DNA of 61,992 nucleotides, counting the filler, from Candidatus Zapsychrus exili (GTDB lineage Bacteria; Omnitrophota; Gorgyraeia; Zapsychrales; Zapsychraceae), in assembly GCA_030765585.1 (NCBI GenBank). It is 6 parts of 6 records of this genome, joined end to end, with 100 filler letters (N's around TTAATTAATTAA, not from the genome) between each part and the next. Parts side by side here need not be neighbours in the genome. Positions count along the whole stretch, not along the records: positions 1 to 29,765 come from JAVCCJ010000018.1; positions 29,866 to 43,663 come from JAVCCJ010000067.1; 4 more parts are not named here. The stretch is one strand, 5' to 3'. The position numbers and the translations under genes were made by a program. Position 1 is the stretch's first letter, and every line of letters begins with the position of its first letter. Below the pieces are notes generated by a model, which was not told where the DNA came from, made no database searches, and was given only the letters and a program-made list of their open reading frames with translations. Below, piece after piece: positions 22,350-31,723 of the stretch.

Positions 22350-22832
22350 TTAATTTTTAACCTTTATAATTTTTGCCGTAATTTTTTTATTCTTTATTTC
22401 CATAATACCGTAAGAACAATACGGGGATCTTACAATATCGGTAAGACTTCCTGGATTAAAATACAAAACTCCATCAATTGTTTCATTAAACGGTAAATGC
22501 GAGTGTCCGAATATAGCAACATCTACTTTTTTGCCTTGAAACTCTTTTGTAACAAAATTTATAACCTTAAGAGGTTGACCAAAACCATGCCATATCCCCA
22601 CAGAAACACCTTCTACATCAAAAATAATTGTCTCCGGCAATATTTTTCTAAGTTCTCCACTATCAACATTACCAAAAACAGCTTTCATTTCTTTAAAACT
22701 TTTAAAAAAATTATAATCTTCTATCGAAAAAATATCATATACATGAATTATCAAATCTACACTCTTAAAATCCTCAAGCATTTGCTTTGGGGCTTTTCTA
22801 GAATGTGTATCTGAAATAATTCCTATTTTCAT
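22350..22832 (-). CDS. YfcE-like metallophosphoesterase
   Basis: ISDTH, GNVD, GHSH, NPGS; the usual HAGD reads HVYD. Confidence 0.9.
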   Translation of the reverse strand: MKIGIISDTHSRKAPKQMLEDFKSVDLIIHVYDIFSIEDYNFFKSFKEMKAVFGNVDSGELRKILPETIIFDVEGVSVGIWHGFGQPLKVINFVTKEFQGKKVDVAIFGHSHLPFNETIDGVLYFNPGSLTDIVRSPYCSYGIMEIKNKKITAKIIKVKN

Positions 22833-24466
22833 CTCAATATATAGGGCTTATCAAAAACAGTTAGTAGGGCTCTTAGCTCTTTCTCATTCCAAATCCAGCA
22901 CTTTTCCTGCAAGGCACGAAGACGCGCATTTTCATCTAAATCCGTCAAAGATATAATTAAGCGACAATCTAATCGTTCTTTCATTTTCTTAGATTCATTC
23001 AATATAGAACTTATATCATTCTCGCAAAAGTTATCCTTTTTCATAATTATAAACCAAGTAGACTCTTCTGATTTGGCTTTTATTACATCAAAATAAATAC
23101 CATTCTCATTTTTTATTTTAGATGGATAAACCTCTCTAAAAGAAGGTAACTTGTATTTACGCCCATTTAAATTAAACGATTCATTGTCAAAACAATGCAA
23201 CAATTCTACGATTCTAGATGAAAAATCCTTGTTAGAGTTTGCTTTAAGCGTATCTACAGAACGATTAAATTCTTCTTTAAATTCTTTTTTCTGTTTATCT
23301 GGAGAGAATTCAACGTCACAAAGCCTCTTTTGGTGAACATATTTAATCCAATATTTAAAAAGTTTATCTGCAAAATAATGAAAATTTCCATTTTTTACAA
23401 CTACGCCTTGCTCGATAAGTCTATTTATCCTTTGTCTAGTTTGATTCTTACTTACAGATATGTCTAAGACAATGTCATCTATTTTATTTTTTCCATTAGA
23501 CAATGAAATCAAAATAGACGAAACAACCTTATTTTCCTTACCGCTACATAAATTATTTACAATAAGTTCAAAATGTCTGCTTATTACTCCCCATCTATTA
23601 AAAATCGTATTCTCTACTGCCTGAGATAATAAAGGAATATAAATTTCATTCTGTTTATAAACAGAGCTTAGGTTTATCAACTCTTTACAAATTAAATTAA
23701 GATAAAGTGGATGACCTCCAGTAAAATCTGTTAAAAAATGTTTTAGCTGAACGCCTGCTTGTACATCTTGTAAATTATATTCAATAAAATCTTGGCTAGT
23801 CTTAAGATCAAAAGGCTCAATATGCACAACCTCAAAATTTCCAAAGAGCAAGGATAGCTTTTCTGATAAAATTCTCTGGGCAAGTACTTTTTGAGAACTT
23901 GATACAATATAAAGACATTTTTTCTGAGTCATTATCTTCTTGCCCAAATCTTTAAAAATATTAGGTCCTAACAATTCTTCAAGATTCTGAAATTCGTCTA
24001 TAACCAGCGTGCAAAAACTACCTGTTTCATTTGAGAATATTTCTGGCAGAGCTAATAAACCTAGAGTAAAGTCCTTTATTTTTCCTTCCAAAAGATTTGA
24101 TTGTATTTTTTTGATTACCTGAACTGTGTGAGGAACATGACTTTTCGCAGTTTCTAATAGTAAATTAAAATCATCATGCAGAGGAAGCTTCTGACTTTTT
24201 GCAAAATTATAAAGCAAACTCCCGGTAAATTTAGAGAATAAATAATTAAAATCTTTATTTTCTAAATCAAGATATATAGATATGACATTCTCATGATCTA
24301 AATTAAGAATAAAATTCTTTAAAATAGAACTTTTGCCAACGTATTGATTACCTAAAAGAGCAATATTCTGACGATATCCCTCTTTTAAATCAATCACTCT
24401 TCGTTTGAGCAAATTAATTGCTTCTTCCCTACCAAAAAAGTTTTGTTCTAAGTCGATATATCTCAT
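22829..24466 (-). CDS. P-loop ATPase of the archaeal-ATPase type with winged helix
   Basis: FFGREE, GNQYVGKS, LVIDEFQ, TGGHPLYL. Confidence 0.8.
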   Translation of the reverse strand: MRYIDLEQNFFGREEAINLLKRRVIDLKEGYRQNIALLGNQYVGKSSILKNFILNLDHENVISIYLDLENKDFNYLFSKFTGSLLYNFAKSQKLPLHDDFNLLLETAKSHVPHTVQVIKKIQSNLLEGKIKDFTLGLLALPEIFSNETGSFCTLVIDEFQNLEELLGPNIFKDLGKKIMTQKKCLYIVSSSQKVLAQRILSEKLSLLFGNFEVVHIEPFDLKTSQDFIEYNLQDVQAGVQLKHFLTDFTGGHPLYLNLICKELINLSSVYKQNEIYIPLLSQAVENTIFNRWGVISRHFELIVNNLCSGKENKVVSSILISLSNGKNKIDDIVLDISVSKNQTRQRINRLIEQGVVVKNGNFHYFADKLFKYWIKYVHQKRLCDVEFSPDKQKKEFKEEFNRSVDTLKANSNKDFSSRIVELLHCFDNESFNLNGRKYKLPSFREVYPSKIKNENGIYFDVIKAKSEESTWFIIMKKDNFCENDISSILNESKKMKERLDCRLIISLTDLDENARLRALQEKCWIWNEKELRALLTVFDKPYILR

Positions 24467-24489
24467 AGCGAGTAATGTGAATATTTACC

Positions 24490-25119
24490 TTATAAAGTGT
24501 TTCTAAAATTTTCTATCAACTTCTTAATATCTTTTGTACAACAAATTTCTCTGCATATGGCGACTCTGTCTATTCCACAAGCCTTAACACAAGAAACATT
24601 CTTTAAATTTATTCCTCCAATAGCAAAAACAGGAATTTTAATGTTCTTGGCCACTCTAGACAATAATTTCAAAGACATCTGGTCGCGCTCTGGCTTTGTT
24701 AAAGTCTTAAAGACCGATCCAAAACCGATATAGTCAGCACCATTTCTTTCAGCTTCCTTTGCTGCCTTAAAAGTCTGACAAGAAATACCAATAATCTTAG
24801 ACTTTCCTATCATCTTTCTTGCTTTCTTTAAAGGAATATCATCTTGTCCTAAATGAACTCCGTCAGAAAAAGTAAGTAAACTTAAATCAATGCGATCGTT
24901 TATTATAAAAAGAGCTCTTCGATTTATAATTTTAATAGCCTTCTTAGAAAATTCTAAAATATCACGAGCTGAACCTTTTTTATCTCTAAGCTGTACTATG
25001 TCTACTCCTGCGCTAACTGATTTCTTAACTATATCAATAAGCTCAAGATAAGTATTAACTTGTGTATCAAGAATCAAATATATCTTAGACTTTTTTAATA
25101 GCCTTCTTTTCAAGAGCAT
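24490..25119 (-). CDS. thiE: Thiamine-phosphate synthase
   Basis: VQLRDK, INDRID, GVHLGQDD, ADYIGFG, AIGGI. Confidence 0.95.
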   Translation of the reverse strand: MLLKRRLLKKSKIYLILDTQVNTYLELIDIVKKSVSAGVDIVQLRDKKGSARDILEFSKKAIKIINRRALFIINDRIDLSLLTFSDGVHLGQDDIPLKKARKMIGKSKIIGISCQTFKAAKEAERNGADYIGFGSVFKTLTKPERDQMSLKLLSRVAKNIKIPVFAIGGINLKNVSCVKACGIDRVAICREICCTKDIKKLIENFRNTL

Positions 25120-25501
25120 AAAATTTATAACGTAGCGCCTTAAGATCTTGCGCTTTATTCTTATTAAGTAACTTTGTAAACTCCTCTAATACCCTTATTG
25201 ATTCTTTTACTCTCTGAGTATTTGCATAAAATATGTCAGCTATTTCTTTTCTCTTAAACTCAGATGCTGAAGACCCGGTTCCAATATCGCCTTCAATGTT
25301 TCTTGACTGTATGATTTCTTTAAAATTAAAACTTAAAATAACATCTGTTAACTTATGTCTTAAATTCTTTAGCTCTCTGGTTAAATATTTCTCGTCTAAA
25401 AGAAACCTACAAATATCCTCGCAAACTCTCAAGCCCTCTTTAGCTCTATTAAAATTAGCATCAACAATACGATATAATTTTTTATTATCTACTTTTTGCA
25501 C
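25085..25501 (-). CDS. ThiE-associated helical domain (ThiD2-like) as a separate gene
   Basis: RIVDANFNRAKEGLRVCED...RVKESIRVLEE, like the N-terminal extension of cyanobacterial ThiE. Confidence 0.82.
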   Translation of the reverse strand: MQKVDNKKLYRIVDANFNRAKEGLRVCEDICRFLLDEKYLTRELKNLRHKLTDVILSFNFKEIIQSRNIEGDIGTGSSASEFKRKEIADIFYANTQRVKESIRVLEEFTKLLNKNKAQDLKALRYKFYALEKKAIKKV

Positions 25502-25977
25502 TTGTTTTTAATCTTGTCAATAATATTACTAGTTGAAAAATTTGAAACATACTTTATATATTCAACCTTACCGCCATATTCATTAACTAAATCTGCGCCA
25601 ACAGCCCCCTTACCTTTCCAATCAGCTCCCTTTACTAAAATATCTGGCTTAAGAGACTTAATAAGCTTAAAAGGAGTTTCGTCGTTAAAAAGCACGACAT
25701 AGTCTATACATTCTAAAGCTGCTATTACAGCAGAACGAGAATTTTGCGGAGCAATCGGACGTGATGGTCCTTTGATTTTTTTTATAGAGACATCGCTATT
25801 TAAAGCTAAAATAACAATGCGGTCAGGCTTCTTAATGGACTCTAAATAACTTATATGACCAAGATGTAAAATATCAAAACAACCATTTGTAAAAGCTATT
25901 TTCTTACCCTTTTTGCGCAAATTAGAAATTTTGCGCTTAAGAGTATCCAATTTAACTATTTTTTTTCTTGTATTCAC
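25489..25977 (-). CDS. rfaE2: D-glycero-beta-D-manno-heptose 1-phosphate adenylyltransferase
   Basis: FTNGCFDILHLGH, LNSD, KGPSRP, LVKGADW, STS. Confidence 0.93.
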   Translation of the reverse strand: MNTRKKIVKLDTLKRKISNLRKKGKKIAFTNGCFDILHLGHISYLESIKKPDRIVILALNSDVSIKKIKGPSRPIAPQNSRSAVIAALECIDYVVLFNDETPFKLIKSLKPDILVKGADWKGKGAVGADLVNEYGGKVEYIKYVSNFSTSNIIDKIKNKCKK

Positions 25978-26012
25978 TTTAAAATAAAAAAATAGCCCCT
26001 AATACTTGGGGC

Positions 26013-26576
26013 TTAAAATTGATTTTCGACTAATTCGCAAATAGCATGAATAATGCATGAATGCGATTCCTGGACTCTTGCCGTATTCTTTGATGCTGCA
26101 ATAATACATATATCTGTCAATTTTGCTAACTTACCTCCATTACAACCTGTCAAAGAAATAGTTTTTAATCCCAATTTCTTTGCTTTTTTAATCGCTTCAA
26201 TTACATTCTTTGAATTACCACTAGTTGAAATTCCAAAAGCTATGTCTCCTTTTTTTCCCAAACCTTCTATCTGGCGAGAAAATACTATGTCAAAACTATA
26301 ATCATTTCCTAGCGCAGTTAGTATTGATGTATCAGTGGTAAGAGCTATAGCAGCAAGCGCACGTCTTTCTTTCTGAAATCTACCAATAAATTCTGCTGCA
26401 ATATGTTGACTATCTGCTGCTGAACCGCCATTACCAAAGAAAATAATTTTATTCTTTTTCTTAAGTGCTTTTATGATTTCGCTAGACGCTAAAACTATTT
26501 TATCTACATTAGCATCTAAGGTTTTCTTTTTTACCTCTATTGACTCTTGGAATATTTCTCTAACTTTATTTTTCAT
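26013..26576 (-). CDS. gmhA: Phosphoheptose isomerase
   Basis: GNGGSAADSQH, STSGNS, ARVQESH. Confidence 0.96.
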   Translation of the reverse strand: MKNKVREIFQESIEVKKKTLDANVDKIVLASSEIIKALKKKNKIIFFGNGGSAADSQHIAAEFIGRFQKERRALAAIALTTDTSILTALGNDYSFDIVFSRQIEGLGKKGDIAFGISTSGNSKNVIEAIKKAKKLGLKTISLTGCNGGKLAKLTDICIIAASKNTARVQESHSCIIHAICELVENQF

Positions 26577-26587
26577 AATACAATTCC

Positions 26588-27610
26588 TTATGCAGAGAAA
26601 ACCTTTGCAATTTCATAAAGATGTTTATCAATCGTTTTTCTTTTTCTAACGGCTTCTTCAATATTTACATAACGTATTTTATTATTATGCAAGCTTACCA
26701 TCTTGCCAAACTTGTTTTCTTTGACAAGCTCAACTGCTCTTACTCCAAAACGGGTTCCAATAATCCTATCATATGCAGTAGGAGTTCCTCCGCGTTGAAT
26801 ATGTCCAAGTACACTTACTCGAGTTTCATATTCTGTTTTCTCTTCAATAAGCTTTCCTAACAATTCACCTACATTACCAGACCTTTGAGATTTTCTTCTT
26901 TCCTTATCTTTATAAATAGGATGATCCTTTATCTGCGCTCCTTCAGAAACAACAATAACGCTAAATGTCTTTCCTCTTTTATGTCGTGACTTCAACGATT
27001 CACATACCTCGTCAATGTCAATCGGATACTCTGGCACAAGAGTAATATTTGCTCCACCCGCTATTCCAGCCTCAAGCGCAATCCACCCAACATATTGACC
27101 CATAACTTCAATAACCATAATGCGATGATGAGATTCAGCTGTGGTATGAAGTCTATCTATACATTCCGTTGCAATATTAACGGCTGTATCAAATCCAAAA
27201 GCATAATCTGTCCCAAAAAGAGCATTGTCAATAGACTTAGGAACACCAACAACAGGAATAGAATAATGTCTATATAGATCTAAAGCTATTTTTAATGTAT
27301 CCTCGCCTCCTACTGCAATAAGAGCATCCATTCCGCTGCGCTTAAAATTTTCTGCCATTTTCTTGGCAACTTCTTTTTCTACGGGAGGAGAAAATCTACT
27401 CGTACCTAAAACAGTTCCGCCGCGATCTAATATTCCTGAGGTTGCTTTCATATCAAGTATTCGCATATCTCCGTTAACAAGGCCATCCCATCCATTTTTT
27501 ATACCAGTTACAACATAACCTTCCTGAATTGCCTTTCTAACCACAGAACGAATAACAGAATTTAAGCCAGGGCAATCAGCTCCACCTGTCAAAATACCGA
27601 TTTTTTTCAT
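26588..27610 (-). CDS. pfkA: 6-phosphofructokinase family protein
   Basis: GGADCPGLN, GGTVLGTSR, GGEDT, FGFDTA, LGHIQRGG. Confidence 0.9.
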   Translation of the reverse strand: MKKIGILTGGADCPGLNSVIRSVVRKAIQEGYVVTGIKNGWDGLVNGDMRILDMKATSGILDRGGTVLGTSRFSPPVEKEVAKKMAENFKRSGMDALIAVGGEDTLKIALDLYRHYSIPVVGVPKSIDNALFGTDYAFGFDTAVNIATECIDRLHTTAESHHRIMVIEVMGQYVGWIALEAGIAGGANITLVPEYPIDIDEVCESLKSRHKRGKTFSVIVVSEGAQIKDHPIYKDKERRKSQRSGNVGELLGKLIEEKTEYETRVSVLGHIQRGGTPTAYDRIIGTRFGVRAVELVKENKFGKMVSLHNNKIRYVNIEEAVRKRKTIDKHLYEIAKVFSA

Positions 27611-27623
27611 TTATGTCCCCTCT

Positions 27624-28232
27624 CTATGCTCTATATCCCTGAAAAGGAATATTTGCGTCATTCTCGTCTGCATTATCTTCTTTTTTTACTCTTTTTCTTT
27701 CTTTATCAAGAAGAATCTTTCCTACGTATATTGATATATCTACAGCCTCATCTAATCCAATCATATCCTGAATTTTATCCTTAACTAACTCTTGCACCTT
27801 TGACGTTATTTCTGGAATATTTACCTCTGCAGCTAAAACCAAGCTTATCTTAAACTGCAACCCCTTCTTAGATGTTTTTATGCTAGATTTAAGGTCCTTT
27901 ATCTCTTCTAATTTTAAAGCTGTACGCTTTACAGTATCTTCTAGCGCAAGAAGAGAAACACTTACTCTTCCAGATGGATTATCAAAAGCAATAACTTTGT
28001 TTTTGTTAATATTAACGGTAAACATTCTATAAAAAAGAAAGTTCTTAAATAAAATAATCACCGCTATTACTCCAATAGCCATTCTTAAATTAGTATCAAT
28101 ATACGCGGCAGAAAGAAATGCCATGATATAGTTAATATCCAACAACTGAAGAACAAACGCTATTAAAAAACATCCTGCAAACAAAACAAATGTAACATAA
28201 AACAAGACAGCTACTCGTGTAAAAAACTTCAT
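27624..28232 (-). CDS. AmaP-like alkaline shock membrane anchor protein
   Basis: Two TM segments then an Asp23-like domain (GRVSVSLLALED...IPEITSKVQE); next to accC. Confidence 0.72.
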   Translation of the reverse strand: MKFFTRVAVLFYVTFVLFAGCFLIAFVLQLLDINYIMAFLSAAYIDTNLRMAIGVIAVIILFKNFLFYRMFTVNINKNKVIAFDNPSGRVSVSLLALEDTVKRTALKLEEIKDLKSSIKTSKKGLQFKISLVLAAEVNIPEITSKVQELVKDKIQDMIGLDEAVDISIYVGKILLDKERKRVKKEDNADENDANIPFQGYRA

Positions 28233-28269
28233 TTCTGCCCCCTCTATTACTTAAATTTAGTTAATACTA

Positions 28270-29628
28270 TTATTTAGATTCTTTCCCAAAATCCATTGAA
28301 TTCTCTAGAAAATGAGTAGAAATATCACCTTTTAAAAATGTTGAATTCTTCAAAATTTCGCTATGAAGCCCGAGCGTTGTCTTTATAGGACTTACATAAA
28401 ATTCTTGTAGAGCACGAGACATTGTTTGAATTGCTTCCTCTCTTGTATTTCCAAAACAAATCAATTTAGCTACCATAGAATCGTAATATGGACTAATTGT
28501 ATATCCAGGATAAATATGCGTATCGACTCTTACATTGTGTCCTCCGGGAAGATTCAATTGCTCAATTTTCCCTGGGCAAGGCATAAAATTATTATAAGGA
28601 TCTTCGGCATTTATTCTACATTCAATAGCAGCACCTTTTATCTTTACATCAGCTTGTGTTAAACTCAATTTCTCTCCAGAAGCTATTCTAATTTGCTCTT
28701 TAACAAGATCTATTCCCGTGACCATCTCTGTTACAGGATGCTCTACTTGTATGCGCGTATTCATTTCCATAAAATAAAACTCATTATCCTCGTCTAAAAG
28801 AAATTCAACGGTTCCAACACCTCTATAATTAGAAGCTTTTGCGGCCTTAACAGCTGCAGATCCCATTCTCTTTCTTAAGTCTTCATTTAGCGCAGGAGAT
28901 GGCGCTTCTTCTATCAATTTTTGATGACGTCTTTGTATACTACAATCTCTCTCTCCTAAATGAATTGTATTACCATAATTATCTGCAATAATTTGAAACT
29001 CAACATGACGAGGGTCTTCTATATATTTTTCTATATAAACATCTTCATTCCCAAAATTTGCCCCAGCTTCTTTTTGTGCCATAACAAATGAATTAACTAA
29101 AGTCATATCATTATGACAAACTCTCATACCTTTTCCTCCGCCGCCAGAAACAGCCTTTATAATGACTGGGTATTTAATCTTTTTAACTATCTCCAAAGCT
29201 TCTTCTTTTGTTTCTACTACTCCCTCTCCACCTGGCGTTAAAGGAACACCGCTCTTTTTCATTGTTAATTTTGCAACAACTTTATCTCCCATAGATCTTA
29301 TAGTTTCCGGAAGTGGTCCTATAAAAGTAATATTACAGGATTCACATATCTCAGCAAAATGAGCATTTTCAGCTAAAAATCCATATCCAGGATGAACTGC
29401 TGCAACATCTGTAACCTCAGCTGCCGAAATAATTGCGGGTATATTAAGATAACTATCTATGCTTGATGCAGGTCCAATACAAACCGCCTCGTCAGCAAAA
29501 CGAACATGAAGAGACTCTCTATCAGCTTCAGAAAATACAGCAACAGTTTGTATCCCCATTTCCCTACAAGCTCGAATTATTCTTAAGGCTATTTCGCCTC
29601 TATTTGCTATAAGTATTTTTGAAAACAT
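28270..29628 (-). CDS. accC: Acetyl-CoA carboxylase biotin carboxylase subunit
   Basis: [42 protein letters not shown]. Confidence 0.98.
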   Translation of the reverse strand: MFSKILIANRGEIALRIIRACREMGIQTVAVFSEADRESLHVRFADEAVCIGPASSIDSYLNIPAIISAAEVTDVAAVHPGYGFLAENAHFAEICESCNITFIGPLPETIRSMGDKVVAKLTMKKSGVPLTPGGEGVVETKEEALEIVKKIKYPVIIKAVSGGGGKGMRVCHNDMTLVNSFVMAQKEAGANFGNEDVYIEKYIEDPRHVEFQIIADNYGNTIHLGERDCSIQRRHQKLIEEAPSPALNEDLRKRMGSAAVKAAKASNYRGVGTVEFLLDEDNEFYFMEMNTRIQVEHPVTEMVTGIDLVKEQIRIASGEKLSLTQADVKIKGAAIECRINAEDPYNNFMPCPGKIEQLNLPGGHNVRVDTHIYPGYTISPYYDSMVAKLICFGNTREEAIQTMSRALQEFYVSPIKTTLGLHSEILKNSTFLKGDISTHFLENSMDFGKESK

Positions 29629-29658
29629 ATCACTCTTTCAATGTTAAATTGTAAAATT

Positions 29659-29765
29659 TTATACAGCTTCAATAATAAAAATTGTTTGTCCAAATTCAAC
29701 AGGTTGAGCATTTTCAACCAATATAGAAACTATTTTTCCACGAACTTCCGACTTTATCTCGTTCA
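29659..29765 (-). CDS. accB: Biotin carboxyl carrier protein, C-terminal fragment at contig end
   Basis: Manual translation ...NEIKSEVRGKIVSILVENAQPVEFGQTIFIIEAV*. Confidence 0.9.
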
Positions 29766-29865
29766 NNNNNNNNNNNNNNNNNNNNNNNNNNNNNNNNNNN
29801 NNNNNNNNNTTAATTAATTAANNNNNNNNNNNNNNNNNNNNNNNNNNNNNNNNNNNNNNNNNNNN
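29766..29865. other. Artificial contig linker
   Basis: N-run with TTAATTAATTAA (stops in all frames); identical linkers at 43664-43763, 47659-47758, 52694-52793 and 59218-59317. Confidence 0.99.
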
Positions 29866-30855
29866 GGAACGACGAGTCCAACTATTCCTTTAGTTGTAGG
29901 TTCAGGTGGAGACCCAGGTAGTGCAACTATTGCAGCATTTATAAATACAAATAATGGTGGTGCAGCTTCTATAATGATACAGAATGATGTGGATAATAGT
30001 GCAGTTGAAACTAATGAAATTATTAGTCGTGCTGCTAATCGTAATAATGGTAAAATTCTTTTTGGAAGAGATGCTGACCAATCAACTGCAGATAATGCAG
30101 ATGGTTTTCTGGCTCTTTATACAGCATTGAATGGTAATAATGTAGAGGCAATGAGGATAGACAGCGACGGCAACGTCGGCATCGGGACGACGAGTCCAGC
30201 TGAATTACTACATATTAATAACTCAACAGTTAATGCAGAAGCAGCAATAATTGTAGAAGGTGGAAATGCTGGAGATGGAGCAATATACCTAACTGAACTT
30301 AACGCTGCTGGAACTCACGGTCACGGTGGAAAAATAGTTTATGACGGTGGAGATAATAAAATGTATATACAGACGGGAATAGAAGGAAGTTTAGCTACAA
30401 GAATGACATTCTTAAGAGATAGTGGCAACGTCGGCATCGGAACGACGAGTCCAGGGGCGAAGTTGGACGTGGCAGGTATAGGGCATTTTGATGACCTTGT
30501 GGAAGTAGCTGCAATTGGAGAAGCTTGGTTCCAAGCGGTTGTAGGTAGTAGCGCTGGTTTATTTGGGAACGATGGAGTACAGACATATATTTATGATGCC
30601 TCAAACCCAATTGGAATATGGGCTGGGGGTACGGAAAAAATGACAGTTCAAGATGACGGCAACGTCGGCATTGGAACCACGAGCCCAAATCAGAAGTTGC
30701 ACGTAAACGCAGTTATGCAATTATCTCCAACAGATTCTCCTGGTACTTGCGATGCTGCGGCTGAAGGCTCAATTTATGCTGATGATTCTTTAAATGAGCC
30801 ATGCTATTGCAATGGAAGTGCTTGGACACAATTTGATGGCGGTGGCGGGTGTTAA
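29866..30855 (+). CDS. GNVGIGTT-repeat fibre/adhesin-like protein, 5'-truncated by the contig start
   Basis: Frame is open from 29866 (GTTSPT...); three full GNVGIGTTSP repeats; Cys-containing C-terminal cap (TCDAAAEG...CYCNGSAW). Confidence 0.85.
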   Translation, partial: GTTSPTIPLVVGSGGDPGSATIAAFINTNNGGAASIMIQNDVDNSAVETNEIISRAANRNNGKILFGRDADQSTADNADGFLALYTALNGNNVEAMRIDSDGNVGIGTTSPAELLHINNSTVNAEAAIIVEGGNAGDGAIYLTELNAAGTHGHGGKIVYDGGDNKMYIQTGIEGSLATRMTFLRDSGNVGIGTTSPGAKLDVAGIGHFDDLVEVAAIGEAWFQAVVGSSAGLFGNDGVQTYIYDASNPIGIWAGGTEKMTVQDDGNVGIGTTSPNQKLHVNAVMQLSPTDSPGTCDAAAEGSIYADDSLNEPCYCNGSAWTQFDGGGGC

Positions 30856-31134
30856 CTTTTTATTCGGTTCCGTAATTTTTAAGTGAACCTTAGGTATTTT
30901 ATTAACATCTGAGGTTAAAAATTACCTCACGTTTTTTGTTTCTCTTAAGCTATTTTGTATAGATTTCGTGAGATTTTTTGTTTTAAATTCGTGAGGTAGT
31001 CCTCAATAAAAAATTGCTATTAAAACAATTTTATTTGACAAATAATCAAAATTATGTTATTCTTTTATCATTCGTCTATGCAAGCGCATAAGCTTGCTAA
31101 CGTATAAACTAGAAAAAACGAGACAGGCTTTATT

Positions 31135-31713
31135 ATGGCTTACCAAAAATCCTATGGAAAATATACTTACGCTGGGTATAACAAAAAAAGCAAAACATCT
31201 GACGCGGGCAATTATCGAGTAAAAAGCCCTGTAAAGTCATTCAGAGATTTGGAAGTTTATAAACAAACTACGTTTCTCTCTTCCGAAGTATATCGCTTAA
31301 GCAAGTATTTTGAGCGTGATTCCTTTGTATCAAATATTATTCAAAGTGAACCTATGGCTTCAAACGCAGCTTCAGAGCGATTGATACAAGTCGATAAATC
31401 TTTTTTAAATGAAGAGTGGCAATACCTAAAAGAAACTTCAAGAAAGATACCTGTTTGGATTACAGAAAGCTATAATGATAAATTCACAGATATCAAATTA
31501 GCTTTAGATAAGCTTGAAGGTGCTGTTAATTCAATATCACTTATGGTCTCACGATTTGATTTTATTTTGGCGTGTTTGAATGACGACTCTACTGACACCA
31601 AAGCTCTTCGTGAAAGAATTTTAAGCGTTATAACAAATTACAATCGCCAAAAGATAAAAATCCTTAATCTAAAGAAAGCATGGGCTCGAGTTTTCTCAAA
31701 AAGCGAAAAATAA
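31135..31713 (+). CDS. Divergent four-helix-bundle protein (23S IVP/bAvd-like fold)
   Basis: VKSFRDLEVYKQ N-terminal signature followed by helical sequence. Confidence 0.65.
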   Translation: MAYQKSYGKYTYAGYNKKSKTSDAGNYRVKSPVKSFRDLEVYKQTTFLSSEVYRLSKYFERDSFVSNIIQSEPMASNAASERLIQVDKSFLNEEWQYLKETSRKIPVWITESYNDKFTDIKLALDKLEGAVNSISLMVSRFDFILACLNDDSTDTKALRERILSVITNYNRQKIKILNLKKAWARVFSKSEK

Positions 31714-31723
31714 ATTTATAGCT

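Noticed and set aside
22730..22750. HVYD in place of HAGD in the metallophosphoesterase
   Set aside because: The metal-binding Asp and the other motifs are retained; cannot be told apart from drift or a consensus error.
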